Notes: a model not told the origin generated them from the letters alone. A DNA stretch of 63,035 nucleotides, filler included, from Globobulimina sp. (GCA_003354225.1; 54 parts of 54 records of this genome joined end to end with filler, not necessarily neighbours in it); one strand, 5' to 3'. Shown: positions 48,616-61,135, counted from the whole stretch's first letter. Numbers and translations are program-made.

Positions 48616-48999
48616 TTATTTGATTTTTTCAATAATAAAACAATTGAGGGTTGCATTTGTTGAATGACTGCCACCACAAACTGAAACAACTTGCAATTTA
48701 TCATTCTTTTTAAGAGCAAATAGTTCACTCATAAAACCACAAGTATAATGTCCACCATGTTGCTTAGACCTAACCGTACCATTTACTTCGAATCGAACAT
48801 GATGATATGAGTTCCAACCATTAGAACAAGTGTCAGTATAATTCATTCTTACCGTAATCCGATAAATACCATCCATTCCAATTACCATTGTTTTATTACT
48901 GTCTGTCTGAGCAACCATTAAATTCAAACTGGGAGCGATTTCTTCCACATCCCAAGTGCTAACAAAAAACACATTGATCATATGTAACAAAAACCACAT
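48616..48999 (-). CDS. C1q/TNF-like beta-sandwich C-terminal domain, partial
   Basis: GIYRITVRM, FEVNG, LKKNDKLQV, FIIEKI strand pattern; 5' end probably intronic. Confidence 0.45.
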   Translation of the reverse strand: MWFLLHMINVFFVSTWDVEEIAPSLNLMVAQTDSNKTMVIGMDGIYRITVRMNYTDTCSNGWNSYHHVRFEVNGTVRSKQHGGHYTCGFMSELFALKKNDKLQVVSVCGGSHSTNATLNCFIIEKIK

Positions 49000-49118
49000 T
49001 TGACAAAAAACACATCACNNNNNNNNNNNNNNNNNNNNNNNNNNNNNNNNNNNNNNNNNNNNTTAATTAATTAANNNNNNNNNNNNNNNNNNNNNNNNNN
49101 NNNNNNNNNNNNNNNNNN

Positions 49119-50041
49119 TGAGCGATGTAATTGTTCCAGTATTTGATCTATCATTACATCTTTGATTGGAAGCACAGTTTGAAGTTATTGTACATTCAGA
49201 AGCACCATCTATTACTATGTTACATGCGTTTGCATTGCATAAATATCCGCCGTCAGCAATAGCCTTTCCGCAATTAGCTTCACCCAATGTATCATAGATT
49301 GTATCCCACAATCCACAGTCCGCATTACTAACTTCCATTACATCTCCAACATTATCAGGTGCATTTGTCCAAAATTCTGAGCAATCACCATTTGCGATAG
49401 TACACGGAGTGCCATCTATCCATTTCCAATTTCCCTCACTCTGTTGATCCTTGGCAATGCATGGTGTAAATTAGACCTTTGGAATTTATGCGGTCGAGTT
49501 CGAGTGCTTCGAGCCAGTGATGGAGTGTATAGGATCTCTAAAGGGGTTTGTATGAAATATATTTCTCTACATCGAGTCGCTTGATATTGAAATAAAAAGA
49601 ATTTATGATTTATATGTTTGCAATTGGTTGTCTCTGAACGACTCGTAGAGAAATATATTTGTATACAAACCCCTTTAGAGATCCTATACACTCCATCACT
49701 GGCTCGAAGCACTCGAACTCAACGCGAATTCGACCGCATAAATTCCAGAGGTCTATTTGCCAATATGTACAAAACAACAATCAGAAAGAAATGCATTATA
49801 CCGTTAAACCAATCCATAAATATGCCCCAGCACTTTGAGCATACGACACTAGACTGGCTCTGTCTTCTTGACTGATAATTGTGGCTAATTCTGTGCCATA
49901 ACGTTGTTCGCATAGAGTGTTGCTTTCTGACCAAGTCTTAAAATTTGAGGATGACAATACTTCCAATACATATTGTCTTTGTGCTGATGAAATGTGTGAT
50001 ATTATGTTTGTCAATAATATAAAAACGGTAACAACAACCAT
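49119..50041 (-). CDS. Secreted C-type lectin-domain protein; intron 49450-49801
   Basis: Signal peptide; KTWSESNTLC..LATI..LWIGLT|DQQSEGNWKWIDGT...ADCG...YLCN reconstructed by splicing. Confidence 0.9.
49472..49755. mobile_element. Foldback MITE with TA target duplication inside the lectin intron
   Basis: TA|GACC...GGTC|TA; ~105-bp nearly perfect inverted arms around an AT-rich spacer. Confidence 0.9.
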
Positions 50042-50448
50042 ATTATATCTGCTCTCGTTTATATGTTTATTAATCTGTTGTTCTCGCTTGAATTAAAAGC
50101 GATACGATTCTGTTTTTTGCATCTCCATGGTTTGTTTGGCTCACTTAAAAAAAAAACGCTTTTCATCTGTAAACAATGTCTTGTCACNNNNNNNNNNNNN
50201 NNNNNNNNNNNNNNNNNNNNNNNNNNNNNNNTTAATTAATTAANNNNNNNNNNNNNNNNNNNNNNNNNNNNNNNNNNNNNNNNNNNNTTATAATGCGAAT
50301 TATGATTATAATTACCATCCATCATTGCGGTTGAGATTGGTTACAAGTACTTGATTTATCTGACCAATCAATTAACTGTGATTGTAATAAAAAGAATAGT
50401 AAAAAGGTGATACTAGAGTGATAATAAATTGTTTGTGTCATTGTTAAA

Positions 50449-50760
50449 TGATGCTCTGACGCCACATAAGCACGCGACGGTAGATTATTTAGTGTGCTTG
50501 GCAGGCCTGAAAAACACTGAGAGCATGTTACTGACGATTTCCATCAAACTAAAGAAATGTTGCGTCCTTGTGCGTAATGGCGTTCTTGCGTCATTGTGTG
50601 TTGTTAATTGACGCTCTGACGCCACATAAGCATATGACAGTAGATTATTTAGTGTGCTTGGGAGGCCAGAAAACCATTGAGAGCATGCTACTTACAAGTT
50701 CTACCGGGAAACTAAACAAATGTTGCGTCATTGTGCGTAATGGCGTCGTTGCGCCATTGG
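50449..50760. repeat. Diverged direct repeat, two copies, 160-bp period
   Basis: GCTCTGACGCCACATAAGCA...GTAGATTATTTAGTGTGCTTGG...GTGCGTAATGGCGT at 50453 and 50613. Confidence 0.85.
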
Positions 50761-51455
50761 ACGTGAGATGGCTAGACAGCGCTTCGACGACACATAAAAA
50801 CCTTAAAAAGTCATCACGGTTGATCAATCATTGGTTGCAGAGGTCGATTCGAGTTGTTTTCATATAATAACGACGGGAATAATGTGGTTAATCACATTAC
50901 AAGTTTCGCTTACGATTTGGCGGTCCATTCTTGGAAAAACGTGGATTGATTTTATTTTAGTATTAAAGTCCATGTTATGAGGAATCGAATGCAAAAAAAA
51001 TTTCTGTTCTACGGTGAAAATTGAGGGAGTTACGGGCGTTTATATTTACAATGGTATATTGGTTTTCCAGCACATAAACGCGAAACTTTTTTTTCGCGGA
51101 ACATTTTGGTCACGAAAGCACCGGCTTTAAGAGTCGATCAAAAAACGAAAAGAACCGCCTTGATGCGCTTTATAATTTGAGAGAAAAAAAGGTCTGCCTA
51201 CCTGAATAGAGTTTTGGACTTTTGGCCCGTTTTAGGACTTCAAAAACTTTCAAGTAAGCATAACTCCTCTAAGACCGCGAATTTTCTGGTCAATTTTTTT
51301 TTTAAATGAAAGGTCTTTTAAAGACGAATCCAATGAAAAAAACATTGAAGCTCTANNNNNNNNNNNNNNNNNNNNNNNNNNNNNNNNNNNNNNNNNNNNT
51401 TAATTAATTAANNNNNNNNNNNNNNNNNNNNNNNNNNNNNNNNNNNNNNNNNNNN

Positions 51456-51815
51456 ATAGATGCAGAGGAATTAAAAGTTGTAATGAGTGCGCTAGGTCAA
51501 GAATGCACGGAGGACGAAATAAAAGATATAATTGAGGTGGCAGATGAGTTAGGAACCGGTCGAATTGATTTCCCATCATTTTTAAAGCAATTCCAGCACG
51601 ACGAAGATGAAGACCCATTGGAAATGCTCGATGAAGCGTATTGTTTGATTGGTGGTGGAGAAAAAATCACAGAATCGACAGTAAAATCATTCTTAGCATC
51701 TGTCGGATGTACGATTATTGATATTGAGGCTGAAGAAATCATAAAAATTTTAGATAAAGATGGAGATGGAAAAGTTGGTTTGGATGATTTTAAAGAAATT
51801 TGGGCCAAACAATAA
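51456..51815 (+). CDS. Calmodulin/centrin-like EF-hand protein, partial
   Basis: IDAEELKVVMSALG, DELGTGRIDFPSF, DKDGDGKVGLDDF. Confidence 0.9.
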   Translation: MDAEELKVVMSALGQECTEDEIKDIIEVADELGTGRIDFPSFLKQFQHDEDEDPLEMLDEAYCLIGGGEKITESTVKSFLASVGCTIIDIEAEEIIKILDKDGDGKVGLDDFKEIWAKQ

Positions 51816-52799
51816 ATTACAGATACATTCATAAATAAATACACTTTTAACAAAATTGTACAATTATCATTTCTTTTGTTTGACGTTCTTTTTTATTGTT
51901 TGGCATCGTAGTACGACTGAAAAACGCAAAGAGAAACAAACAAAATGCGGCGTCATATAGGAAACAGAGAAACGAAGTAACAGGGTTGTAATTGCATTAT
52001 TGCAACCTCTGAGAACGGAAAATCTTAAGTTTAGTGGAGTAGAAATGTCTGAAATGTCTGAAATGGCATCGGAAAAAGAAGCAATATATATGTCCGTTGA
52101 ATGTTATTAAATATCTCTTGGAAATACTAAGAAAGCAAGGTCGTAAGACTCGTAGAGTATAAGTAATGTTTCAATTCCTGAATTCCACAAATCTGTCCAA
52201 AGATTGTTGAAAATTACGTTTGTTGATTAAATGTTGTTTTATTCCAAAAAGTCATTTTTTTTGTAAACGAAATCGTTTTGCGATTATTTAATTGTAGTTT
52301 TTCTTTCTTTTTTGTTTTATTTGTGTTAATATTTCTTCTTCTCTCTGGTTCCAATGATCTACTAATAAATGGTTTTAATGATGGTTTTATTGCATATTTA
52401 TGAGTATTATTGTTATTGTTATTAATTTGATTGTCATTATCATTGTTTTTTTTATTTTTAAATTCTTTTTTCTTTAAATCTTTTTGAATTAAATCATTTT
52501 TATTTGGTATAGTTGGCAATGATNNNNNNNNNNNNNNNNNNNNNNNNNNNNNNNNNNNNNNNNNNNNTTAATTAATTAANNNNNNNNNNNNNNNNNNNNN
52601 NNNNNNNNNNNNNNNNNNNNNNNTTGATGAAAATTGACATTTGTTACATTTATTGTGTTTCAAATCAATTTTTTGACTATTTATGACTACACTAGACTCA
52701 CTTTACTCACTGCCTCACTGTCTGACGGTATTATTGATGACAAGAACTCACCGATAATGCATGAAATAAAAAAATGACATGTTTGAGGATCGCTATCAT

Positions 52800-53410
52800 G
52801 ATGACAATCCACCTAAAAAAAACAAATGCCTTGAAAACATGCAGAGCAACTATCCACCATCATCACTGATACTGCCACAGACTCAATTCTGGAAAGCATT
52901 GGAAAAAAAGGATAAACGAAATGCATCCCACCATTATCATATGGCTCCGAGGAGATGATCGTTGTTCCAGAACGCCAAGCGGAAGTGTTGCACTCTGCAA
53001 TGACCAACCCGAAATTGCATGAAATAAAGGAGAAATTCATCCCATGGCAAAAAGACATTGATGAAAATGTTAATAATAACTCCAACAATAGCTCCAACAA
53101 TTTGAATCCAGAAATTAGACCAAACCTGCAACAATGGCTGGACCAAAAACGCGAATATGAATCATTGCTGGAGCGACTGAGGAAGAAGTCCCCAGAGACA
53201 ATCCACTGGAAATTGATGTGAATTATGCCATGAATCACACAACATTCAACATTCTCAATGACCCAATACAATTGTATGAAATTTCAAGGCCAGTGGACCT
53301 GACAAAATACATAATCTAATGCTAAAAAATGGTGGCCACACATTGAACCTCCAATTATTGTCACTATTTGATAAAATACTCAAAACATGCATGTTCCCAC
53401 TATTAAATAT
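52800..53410 (+). mobile_element. Degraded non-LTR (LINE) retrotransposon ORF2 fragment
   Basis: KASGPDKIHNLMLKNGG...LLSLFDKILKTCMFP (from 53286) is the motif just upstream of LINE RT; surrounded by stops and frameshifts. Confidence 0.65.
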
Positions 53411-53576
53411 AGGGCAGATCCAACATACTCACCATCTGACAGTGATAGCAGCGAATGAAAATGATATTATTGGCACAAATCGGACAGATTCAACTGATTC
53501 CAACAGCAGCGAATCGGACAGACAGCAGCGAATCGGACAGATCCAACATACTCCCCATCGGACTGTTATTGACACA

Positions 53577-53691
53577 AAGAAAATGATATTTTGGAAATTG
53601 TTTTGAATTTAAATGAGCGAACACTGGGCTTTATTGTCAATGGAAAAGATTATGGAATTGCATTTGCAAATGTGAAACAGACAAGTTATCG
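53577..53691 (+). pseudogene. B30.2/SPRY domain fragment
   Basis: KENDILEIVLNLNERTLGFIVNGKDYGIAFANVKQTSY; no intact upstream frame. Confidence 0.6.
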
Positions 53692-53940
53692 NNNNNNNNN
53701 NNNNNNNNNNNNNNNNNNNNNNNNNNNNNNNNNNNTTAATTAATTAANNNNNNNNNNNNNNNNNNNNNNNNNNNNNNNNNNNNNNNNNNNNTCTACCTCT
53801 GTGAGACTTGCACTGACGTTAATAAATTCTTGTCATTGATTCTGGCAAAGTCATTTTCATTTTCACTATGACGTAATAAAAAACCGTCCTGTTCATCTGT
53901 GTCAACATTAAACAAATCGCAAATAAAAACATATACTATA

Positions 53941-54309
53941 CTATACTAAGTTGTCAGCGCCTTTGGAATTATTTCTCTTTGAGTTGCACCAAACGCACGT
54001 CTCTACAACCACTGAGTCATAGCAATAATCTCTGTTGTTTATTGTATTCGAATACATTGGTTGATGGTGATGGAAAGTACCCGGCGGTTGACAGTAAATA
54101 TGCCACATTGGATGGTTTTTATCCTTTGCACACGACAAAAACCGATACCACTGAGTTCTACAAACATCGTTGCAACGTGGACACTTTGGAAAACATCTAT
54201 ATTCTCCCTTTTTGATGCAGTATCTTGTAAACATTAATGGCACCGGTGAGTTTTGGAAGTTTTTTGCCGAATATCGTTTGTGGTTTTTTGATGGCAAGGC
54301 TTGCATCAC
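53941..54309 (-). CDS. Cys-rich hypothetical protein exon (probably joined to acidic exon 54573-54815)
   Basis: Several CxxC motifs; upstream SSDD-repeat ORF; splicing not resolved. Confidence 0.35.
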   Translation of the reverse strand: MMQALPSKNHKRYSAKNFQNSPVPLMFTRYCIKKGEYRCFPKCPRCNDVCRTQWYRFLSCAKDKNHPMWHIYCQPPGTFHHHQPMYSNTINNRDYCYDSVVVETCVWCNSKRNNSKGADNLV

Positions 54310-55223
54310 TCTGTTTCTGTATGTCGACCACTAATTCTCCATTTTTATATTTAGTCTTGTTGCTGATATTTTGGATAATGTTTTTAAATTTTCGGGTTGT
54401 CACTGATAACTTTCCATTGCCTCAATTTCTAGCTGCTGTCAATATATATTGTTTGTAAGATGATAAATTTAATATGCAATACTGAAAATAAAATATTGCA
54501 AACATTACACTCACGTCGACATCACAATCAATAAACTGATTCCTCGAAAATGAATATTGAAAAATAACAGAGTTAATTACTAATAAAATAAATCGATATT
54601 ATGTCGCCATCATTCATATCTTTTGCCTCATTAAATTGATAACTATCGACTATGTTTTGTTCGTCATATTTTTCTTCATATTTTTCGTCATTTAGTGGAC
54701 GTGCATCAAAAAGTTCGTCATCACTTGAATCATCACTTGAATCACTTGAATCATCACTTGAATCATCTTCATCAAAAAGGGTCCACAAACAGCAAGTCGT
54801 AGCCAGCTGCGTCATCGCCGTGCTTTTCCAGCATTATGTTAAAGAATTCCGCCTAAGACNNNNNNNNNNNNNNNNNNNNNNNNNNNNNNNNNNNNNNNNN
54901 NNNTTAATTAATTAANNNNNNNNNNNNNNNNNNNNNNNNNNNNNNNNNNNNNNNNNNNNAATTAATAAAAATATAGATAAAATTTTGCGCAAAAACTAAA
55001 GATCGAAATAACACGCATAAAATTTAATAGTTACCACATATTTATATAATGACAATGAGGAAATTATTAAATGATAAAAATGAATTAATTCAAAGCCGTA
55101 ACAAATAATTTAAACACAAGAAAAACAAAACAAAAATCAACTCATATTCAAACAATGCATGTTATACTTATGACTTGTAAATTGAAAAAATATTTTTTTG
55201 CACAATCTAATCAATCAAATGGC

Positions 55224-55469
55224 CTATTTAGTCCTACTGGTAATCTTCACGCAATATTTTGCTGCTATTTTATGAGAGGTGTTTTTGAATGAACACTTTA
55301 ATGCAACAGCCAATAATAAATAACATCCCATTTCGCTTAAACTCCAAAACAAATGGCTAGAATAAATTGCGTCTGCTCCAAGTAATGGTGATGACACATA
55401 ACTGCAAATGGCTAGAAAAATAACAACATACAATCCATATTTAACCTGACTCTGTGCAGCGTACGCCAT
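55224..55469 (-). CDS. Short or truncated paralogue of the adjacent 7TM-like gene
   Basis: LFWSLSEMGCYLLLAVALKCSFKNTSHKI versus LFWNLGEIACYCLFVDRLKHSFKNTSHSI in the neighbour. Confidence 0.55.
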   Translation of the reverse strand: MAYAAQSQVKYGLYVVIFLAICSYVSSPLLGADAIYSSHLFWSLSEMGCYLLLAVALKCSFKNTSHKIAAKYCVKITSRTK

Positions 55470-55518
55470 TATTAGTGAACAGTTTTTTAATTGAAGTACG
55501 TATACTCAGGTCAACATC

Positions 55519-56027
55519 ATGGCACATGATGGGTATCATGAACTGTTTGATATAATATTGGCAGCTTTAAACATTATAATCGGTTTATTATCATTATTGT
55601 TCCTTTGCCAATTGATACGTCTGTATAAAAATCATGAACAACAATACGAAACAAAAGAATATGCGCTATTAATGGACAATGCTAGTTTTCATTATCAAAC
55701 AGCACTATCGACACAAACACAAACTGACATAAAAGAAACCAAAAATATGTTATATTTTGTGATATTTGGTATAATCTGTGTCTGTGTGGCATCGTTATGC
55801 GGTGCCATATATTTTTCAGAGACATATGTCAAATACCAATCAAATATGACAACGGCTGCATTTGAATCAATGTTTGAATTGTTTTGGAATTTAGGGGAAA
55901 TTGCATGTTATTGTTTATTTGTAGATCGTTTAAAACATTCATTCAAAAATACATCACATTCGATATCGACTATACAAGTTGTTATATTTTGGATTACTAT
56001 CATTATTTATTTATTATGTGTTGTCAC
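55519..56027 (+). CDS. Multi-pass (7TM/GPCR-like) membrane protein, partial
   Basis: Four TM helices; YxLFxDRL..SF.NT motif at the end of TM3. Confidence 0.65.
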
Positions 56028-56127
56028 NNNNNNNNNNNNNNNNNNNNNNNNNNNNNNNNNNNNNNNNNNNNTTAATTAATTAANNNNNNNNNNNNNNNNN
56101 NNNNNNNNNNNNNNNNNNNNNNNNNNN

Positions 56128-57195
56128 GAATCAGGTTATTGGGCTCCTATTCGTTTGGTTAATACATGTACAAACAATGGACCATGGCAGTTCCAGGTAC
56201 AAGCAAACCCTCAATACTTACAACTGTCAAAGAATTATCTATGTGTCAAACTACGCATTGTGAGAGGAGACGGAACAAACTTGGTTGTTGATCAACCTGC
56301 AGTAGCAGATGCGGCTGCGGTGCCAGGCGATTTTGTGGGACCTATTAACATGATTGGAAAAACTTTGTTCAAGCAAATAAAAGTTTCTTTGAATGGACGT
56401 CAAGCTTTCGACAGTGGGGACAACTACGCGTACCGGGCCTTCCTGGAAACCGAACTAAACTATGGTGAAGCGGCAAAGTCTACTCAATTAACAGCGGCCA
56501 TTTACTCTAAAGATCGTCCAGCCAATCAAGTCGATACAGTCCACAATCAGGGGTTGATGTGGCGAAGGGCCTGGTTCAATGGCAGTCAAGTAGTCGAAGT
56601 AATGGCACCCATCCATTGCGAGTTGTTTCAATCTGAACGATTGCTTTTGGACAATACCGAAGTATACTTGGAACTGCATAGAAACAATGACGCTTTCACC
56701 TTGATGTCTTTTGCCGAAGGTGCCAATTACAAAGTAGAGGTAGTAGATATGGTATGGTCTGTTAGGAAAGTAGAAATACTCAAATCGGTGCAAATGGGGC
56801 TCGAAGCTACTCTACTACGTCATCCTGCCAAGTACCCGATCAGACGTATTCAAGTGACAAAACTACATGTAACTCCTGGACGACGTTCGGTTCCTACAAA
56901 TACTTTGTTTACCGGACAGATCCCTAGACGTTTAGTGCTCGGATTTGTCGATATGGACGCATACTATGGAAACTATCAGAAATCGCCCTTCCGTTTCCAA
57001 AACTATTCGATCAGAAAAATCAAAGTTACAGCAGGTGGACAAGTGTTCCCAAGAGAACCAATAGAAATGGACTTTGTCAACAATCAGTATATGAAACCAT
57101 ACATAAACTTATTTGAAGGTTTGGGACAAGCTAGAGATGATGTCGGAAACGGTATATCGCTATTCGATTTCAAAAACTCTCATTGTCTCTTCATT
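56128..57195 (+). CDS. Polinton/Maverick (adintovirus-like) double-jelly-roll major capsid protein, internal fragment
   Basis: LFKQIKVSLNG, YAYRAFLETELNY, PIHCELFQSERLL, AKYPIRR, LFTGQIPRRLVLGFV, GNYQKSPFRFQNY; intronless, higher GC than neighbours. Confidence 0.9.
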
Positions 57196-57295
57196 NNNNN
57201 NNNNNNNNNNNNNNNNNNNNNNNNNNNNNNNNNNNNNNNTTAATTAATTAANNNNNNNNNNNNNNNNNNNNNNNNNNNNNNNNNNNNNNNNNNNN

Positions 57296-58363
57296 GACAC
57301 CCGAAGAGCTAGCAGGCAGTTTGCCATGCGCTTTGATGGTTTTATTCCGATTACTATCCAATTTCTTCATTAATTCATTTCTTTTTGCTTTCGTTTTTTC
57401 AAACTCGCGAATCATTTCATTTTTCAGTTGTTTCTTCCCTTTAAAACCAAAAATCTCTCTCTCCGCAACCTTAATAATTTCATTTAATTTGTCAATTGGA
57501 TCCATATCAATGTCATACTCATTCTTTCGATGACATTCGTCGTGGTTTTTATATTTATTTTTATAGGATTTATCCGAATGTTTCTCTATTTTCTTACAAC
57601 ATTTCTTATATTTTCTGCCTGAGCCACAACTGCATTTATCATTTCCTTTGACACTCCATCCACTCTTAGAATTACCATCGGCTTCTCGGCCATCACCGCC
57701 ATCACTATGCTTACAACTGTTTTTGTGTTTATTTTTGTATTTTTCCCATGGTTTCTCATATGAATCCATCTCGTTTTTGAGCTCAGTTTCATCAAAATCA
57801 TATTGTGGGTCAGCATAATATGTCTCTGTCACACCATTCACACTCTCTTTGTCATTGCCGCACGCACTGCAAATGCTGACATTGCAGTCATTAATTAGTG
57901 TACATGCACATTTCCATCCTTTTTTATTATTTTTCCGCTCATTTTTGTTATTTTTCCGCTCATTTTTATTATTTTTGCCTGTTTTTTTGGGCTTATGATT
58001 GGAACACATTTTGCATTTTAAATGGGATGGCTTATTCTCAAAGGTACATTGACTACAAATCCAACCAAATTCATTCACTTTTTTCTGTTGTTTTTTTGGT
58101 TTTGGCTTTGTTTTTGGTTTATTGTTTTGTATCGCCATTGCTACCCAATTTGCGCTGGGATTTACATCATTTTTGTGTGACGTTAACAGTGGATAATCAT
58201 TGTCAGATTGTTTGGTAATATTTTTATTGTTATGCTTGACAGCAACACCATTACACATTGAACAAACCATACAGTTTTGGTTCGACTTTGGGTTCACAAA
58301 AGTGCATTTTTTACACGTCCAATATCTATACATAAACTTCTTATATTTCTGATAAAGCTGCAA
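57296..58363 (-). CDS. Protein with three RanBP2-type zinc fingers and a SEC-C motif, partial
   Basis: WTCKKCTFVN..CMVC, WICSQCTFEN..CKMC, WKCACTLIN..CSAC; GNDKCSCGSGRKYKKCC. Confidence 0.85.
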
Positions 58364-58463
58364 NNNNNNNNNNNNNNNNNNNNNNNNNNNNNNNNNNNNN
58401 NNNNNNNTTAATTAATTAANNNNNNNNNNNNNNNNNNNNNNNNNNNNNNNNNNNNNNNNNNNN

Positions 58464-59220
58464 AACGACTTTATTTTTAGTGTTTATGCATTGGTTGAGT
58501 TATATTAATGCGACAGAAATGTTTTCACGCTATGGAACAAAAATAGTTTGTAATATCTTAGATTTATATCGTAGTGTTACTGACCCGTTTCAACACCAAA
58601 ATATGATCAAACCACTGTGGATGAATTTTATTGTCCCTGCCGTCAATGATAAATATAATTCCTCATCCAAAACTAGCGCACAATTAATGATGGATACTTA
58701 TTTACATTCATTTCAGTTGGATCATTCGTACGAAATGAATAAAGAATACTGTCATGTATTTGATTATGCAGTTTCTACTTTGATATGGATTCCATCAAAT
58801 TACCATTATTTTACATTAATAAATTTGAAGCAGTTGAATATAAATATCAAAACTAGATATTTCGAAGATTGGCTTACAGGGAATTCTGTAATGGGAGTGA
58901 AACCTGGAAATCTGTGGCCACCCAATTTCCTCATTGTTAACATGTTTTTGGAACAATATTTATTCGACAATATGGATGTAGTCAGTAATATGAAGGAACA
59001 TATAAATAAAGCCTTTCAATATTCAGAATTAGCATGTAATATACAGGCAGAAAATCCTTCGAATTCCACATATTTTGAATATATATACTATGTTAATTAT
59101 GATACAGCAATAATATTACAACGTGCATGTCAAAAATATAGCGTTATGGACTGCATTCACACAACTCCATATCTGCAGAAATTGTTCAATAATGCACGCG
59201 CACGCAATATAATTGTATAA
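58464..59220 (+). CDS. Hypothetical protein, 3' part
   Basis: At least 246 open codons; no motif recognised. Confidence 0.55.
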
Positions 59221-59631
59221 TTAATATAATAATTTTTTAAATTTAATTTCCATTTTTTCATTTATTAATAATTGTTATTTCTTTCTCAAAATAAGTTATA
59301 ATTACGATGAAACATCATTAAGTTTATATAACCAATCAAAAATATTTTCAAACATATAAAAAATCAAAACACAAAGAAGAAAAAGTAAACAAACAGCAGC
59401 TGGATAATTTTTGAAGAGTGTGGACACTTTCTCAGGGGTTTTAAAATTGTGGGTTGAACATTTGAGTAACATGTTCAACATGTTGTCTAAGAGCTGGCTG
59501 CACCAAATCTAATATGCCAGCATTATGCCTGNNNNNNNNNNNNNNNNNNNNNNNNNNNNNNNNNNNNNNNNNNNNTTAATTAATTAANNNNNNNNNNNNN
59601 NNNNNNNNNNNNNNNNNNNNNNNNNNNNNNN

Positions 59632-60512
59632 AGCGAGACATTGCCATTCAAAACATTCACGGGAAAGGTCCAAAATATTGCATATAAAACCAATAAGATC
59701 CATAGCAAAATGTAGATGGCCAGGCTCATGTTCTGTAATCTGGCGCTATATTCCGGACAGTACACACATTCAAAATCAACTGATATCCAAAAAGTAATAC
59801 ATAAAATGAGCAGGAAATGCGAAGCGAGTCTTTGTAGACAGACATATGACGCCGCATTGCGCCTTAATTCCTCCTGTGTTTTGTTCTCATTCTGTTTATG
59901 AATCAAAGTGACTGAGCTGAGCATGACACATTGATATAGATCCAAAATATAATGAAACTCACAGTTGTATGCATTAAACAAACACCACATACATTCGCAC
60001 AAAATGAGGCAATAAAACGCGAGGAAGCCCATGGTCATTATGCACGAATAAAAGATCGATAATCGGAAAATGATATCAATGTGACGCCATATAATACGAA
60101 AGATGTACGACGGGCTCATGGACAGTTTGCCGCAGAGACAGTGGCTATTTTTGAGGTGAATGAATTGCAAATCAATGCCGTGACTTAACCGGTTTGTGTC
60201 GTCCATGGTAAATGCAGTTAACATGGAGATGTAATTGAATATAATGCAGGTTAGGTAGAGGTAATACAGGTTGTTGTTATAATTCTCGTTTACGTTGATA
60301 TAAATGACTAAAAATAAGACAAACCAGAAAGACATCACAGAGGACAGAAACACGTGGCTGTGGGATAAGGGTATTATGATTGAGCTATGTCTGTATTTGT
60401 TGACTTTGCAAGTGATGTAAAAGCTGTATATGACTTCGAAATCAATGAATAAATTGACGAAGAGTCTACGTATTGACTTTGTGTATTTGTATATGATCCA
60501 GTTGCAGATCAA
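59632..60512 (-). CDS. Multi-pass membrane protein, possibly XK-related, partial
   Basis: Several TM helices; FRIIWRHIDIIFRL resembles the XK-family F..E...R motif. Confidence 0.45.
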
Positions 60513-61135
60513 ATAGTTGAATCGACCGAGTGTTTCAAAGATATAACCGGTATTGATATATCCTCAAACAATATCAAGCACCAATGGTTGGCGAAAATTG
60601 AGAATCCCAACTTGAGGTTACGTCAAAATTTATTAACATCTAACGATGATAACTCACCAAGATTATTTGAATATGAATTACAGCACAGTTCAGACAATCN
60701 NNNNNNNNNNNNNNNNNNNNNNNNNNNNNNNNNNNNNNNNNNNTTAATTAATTAANNNNNNNNNNNNNNNNNNNNNNNNNNNNNNNNNNNNNNNNNNNNT
60801 GCGTTTACGAATTTAAAACATGGTGAGTTTAAAATAAGCTCTTTAAATCAAAAATTTCCAAAAGGCAATATTCTAAACACGTCCTATTCTAAAGTAACTT
60901 ATTGAATGTCGATAACAAGTATTAAAGTTATGTTTTCATACAAAGTTTTCTTAAAGTTTTGAAGTGTTTGCCAATACCTTTTCTGTAATACATTCCTACA
61001 GATCAACATTCCGTCATTGTTAAATACAAAGCCTTGACGCCATCGGAATCATCATATTGCCTGTTGACATATTTAAGGTCCAACAAATAATAATCATCGA
61101 CACCAAATCTCCTGAAGCATAATATTAAAATTAAT

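Noticed and set aside
49416-49934. Overlapping ORFs sharing IQTPLEILYTPSLARSTRT on both strands
   Set aside because: Mirror translations of the palindromic MITE arms.
33922-57195. A single large Polinton spanning ATPase to capsid
   Set aside because: The genes are on separate contigs with unrelated contigs between them; adjacency reflects length sorting only.
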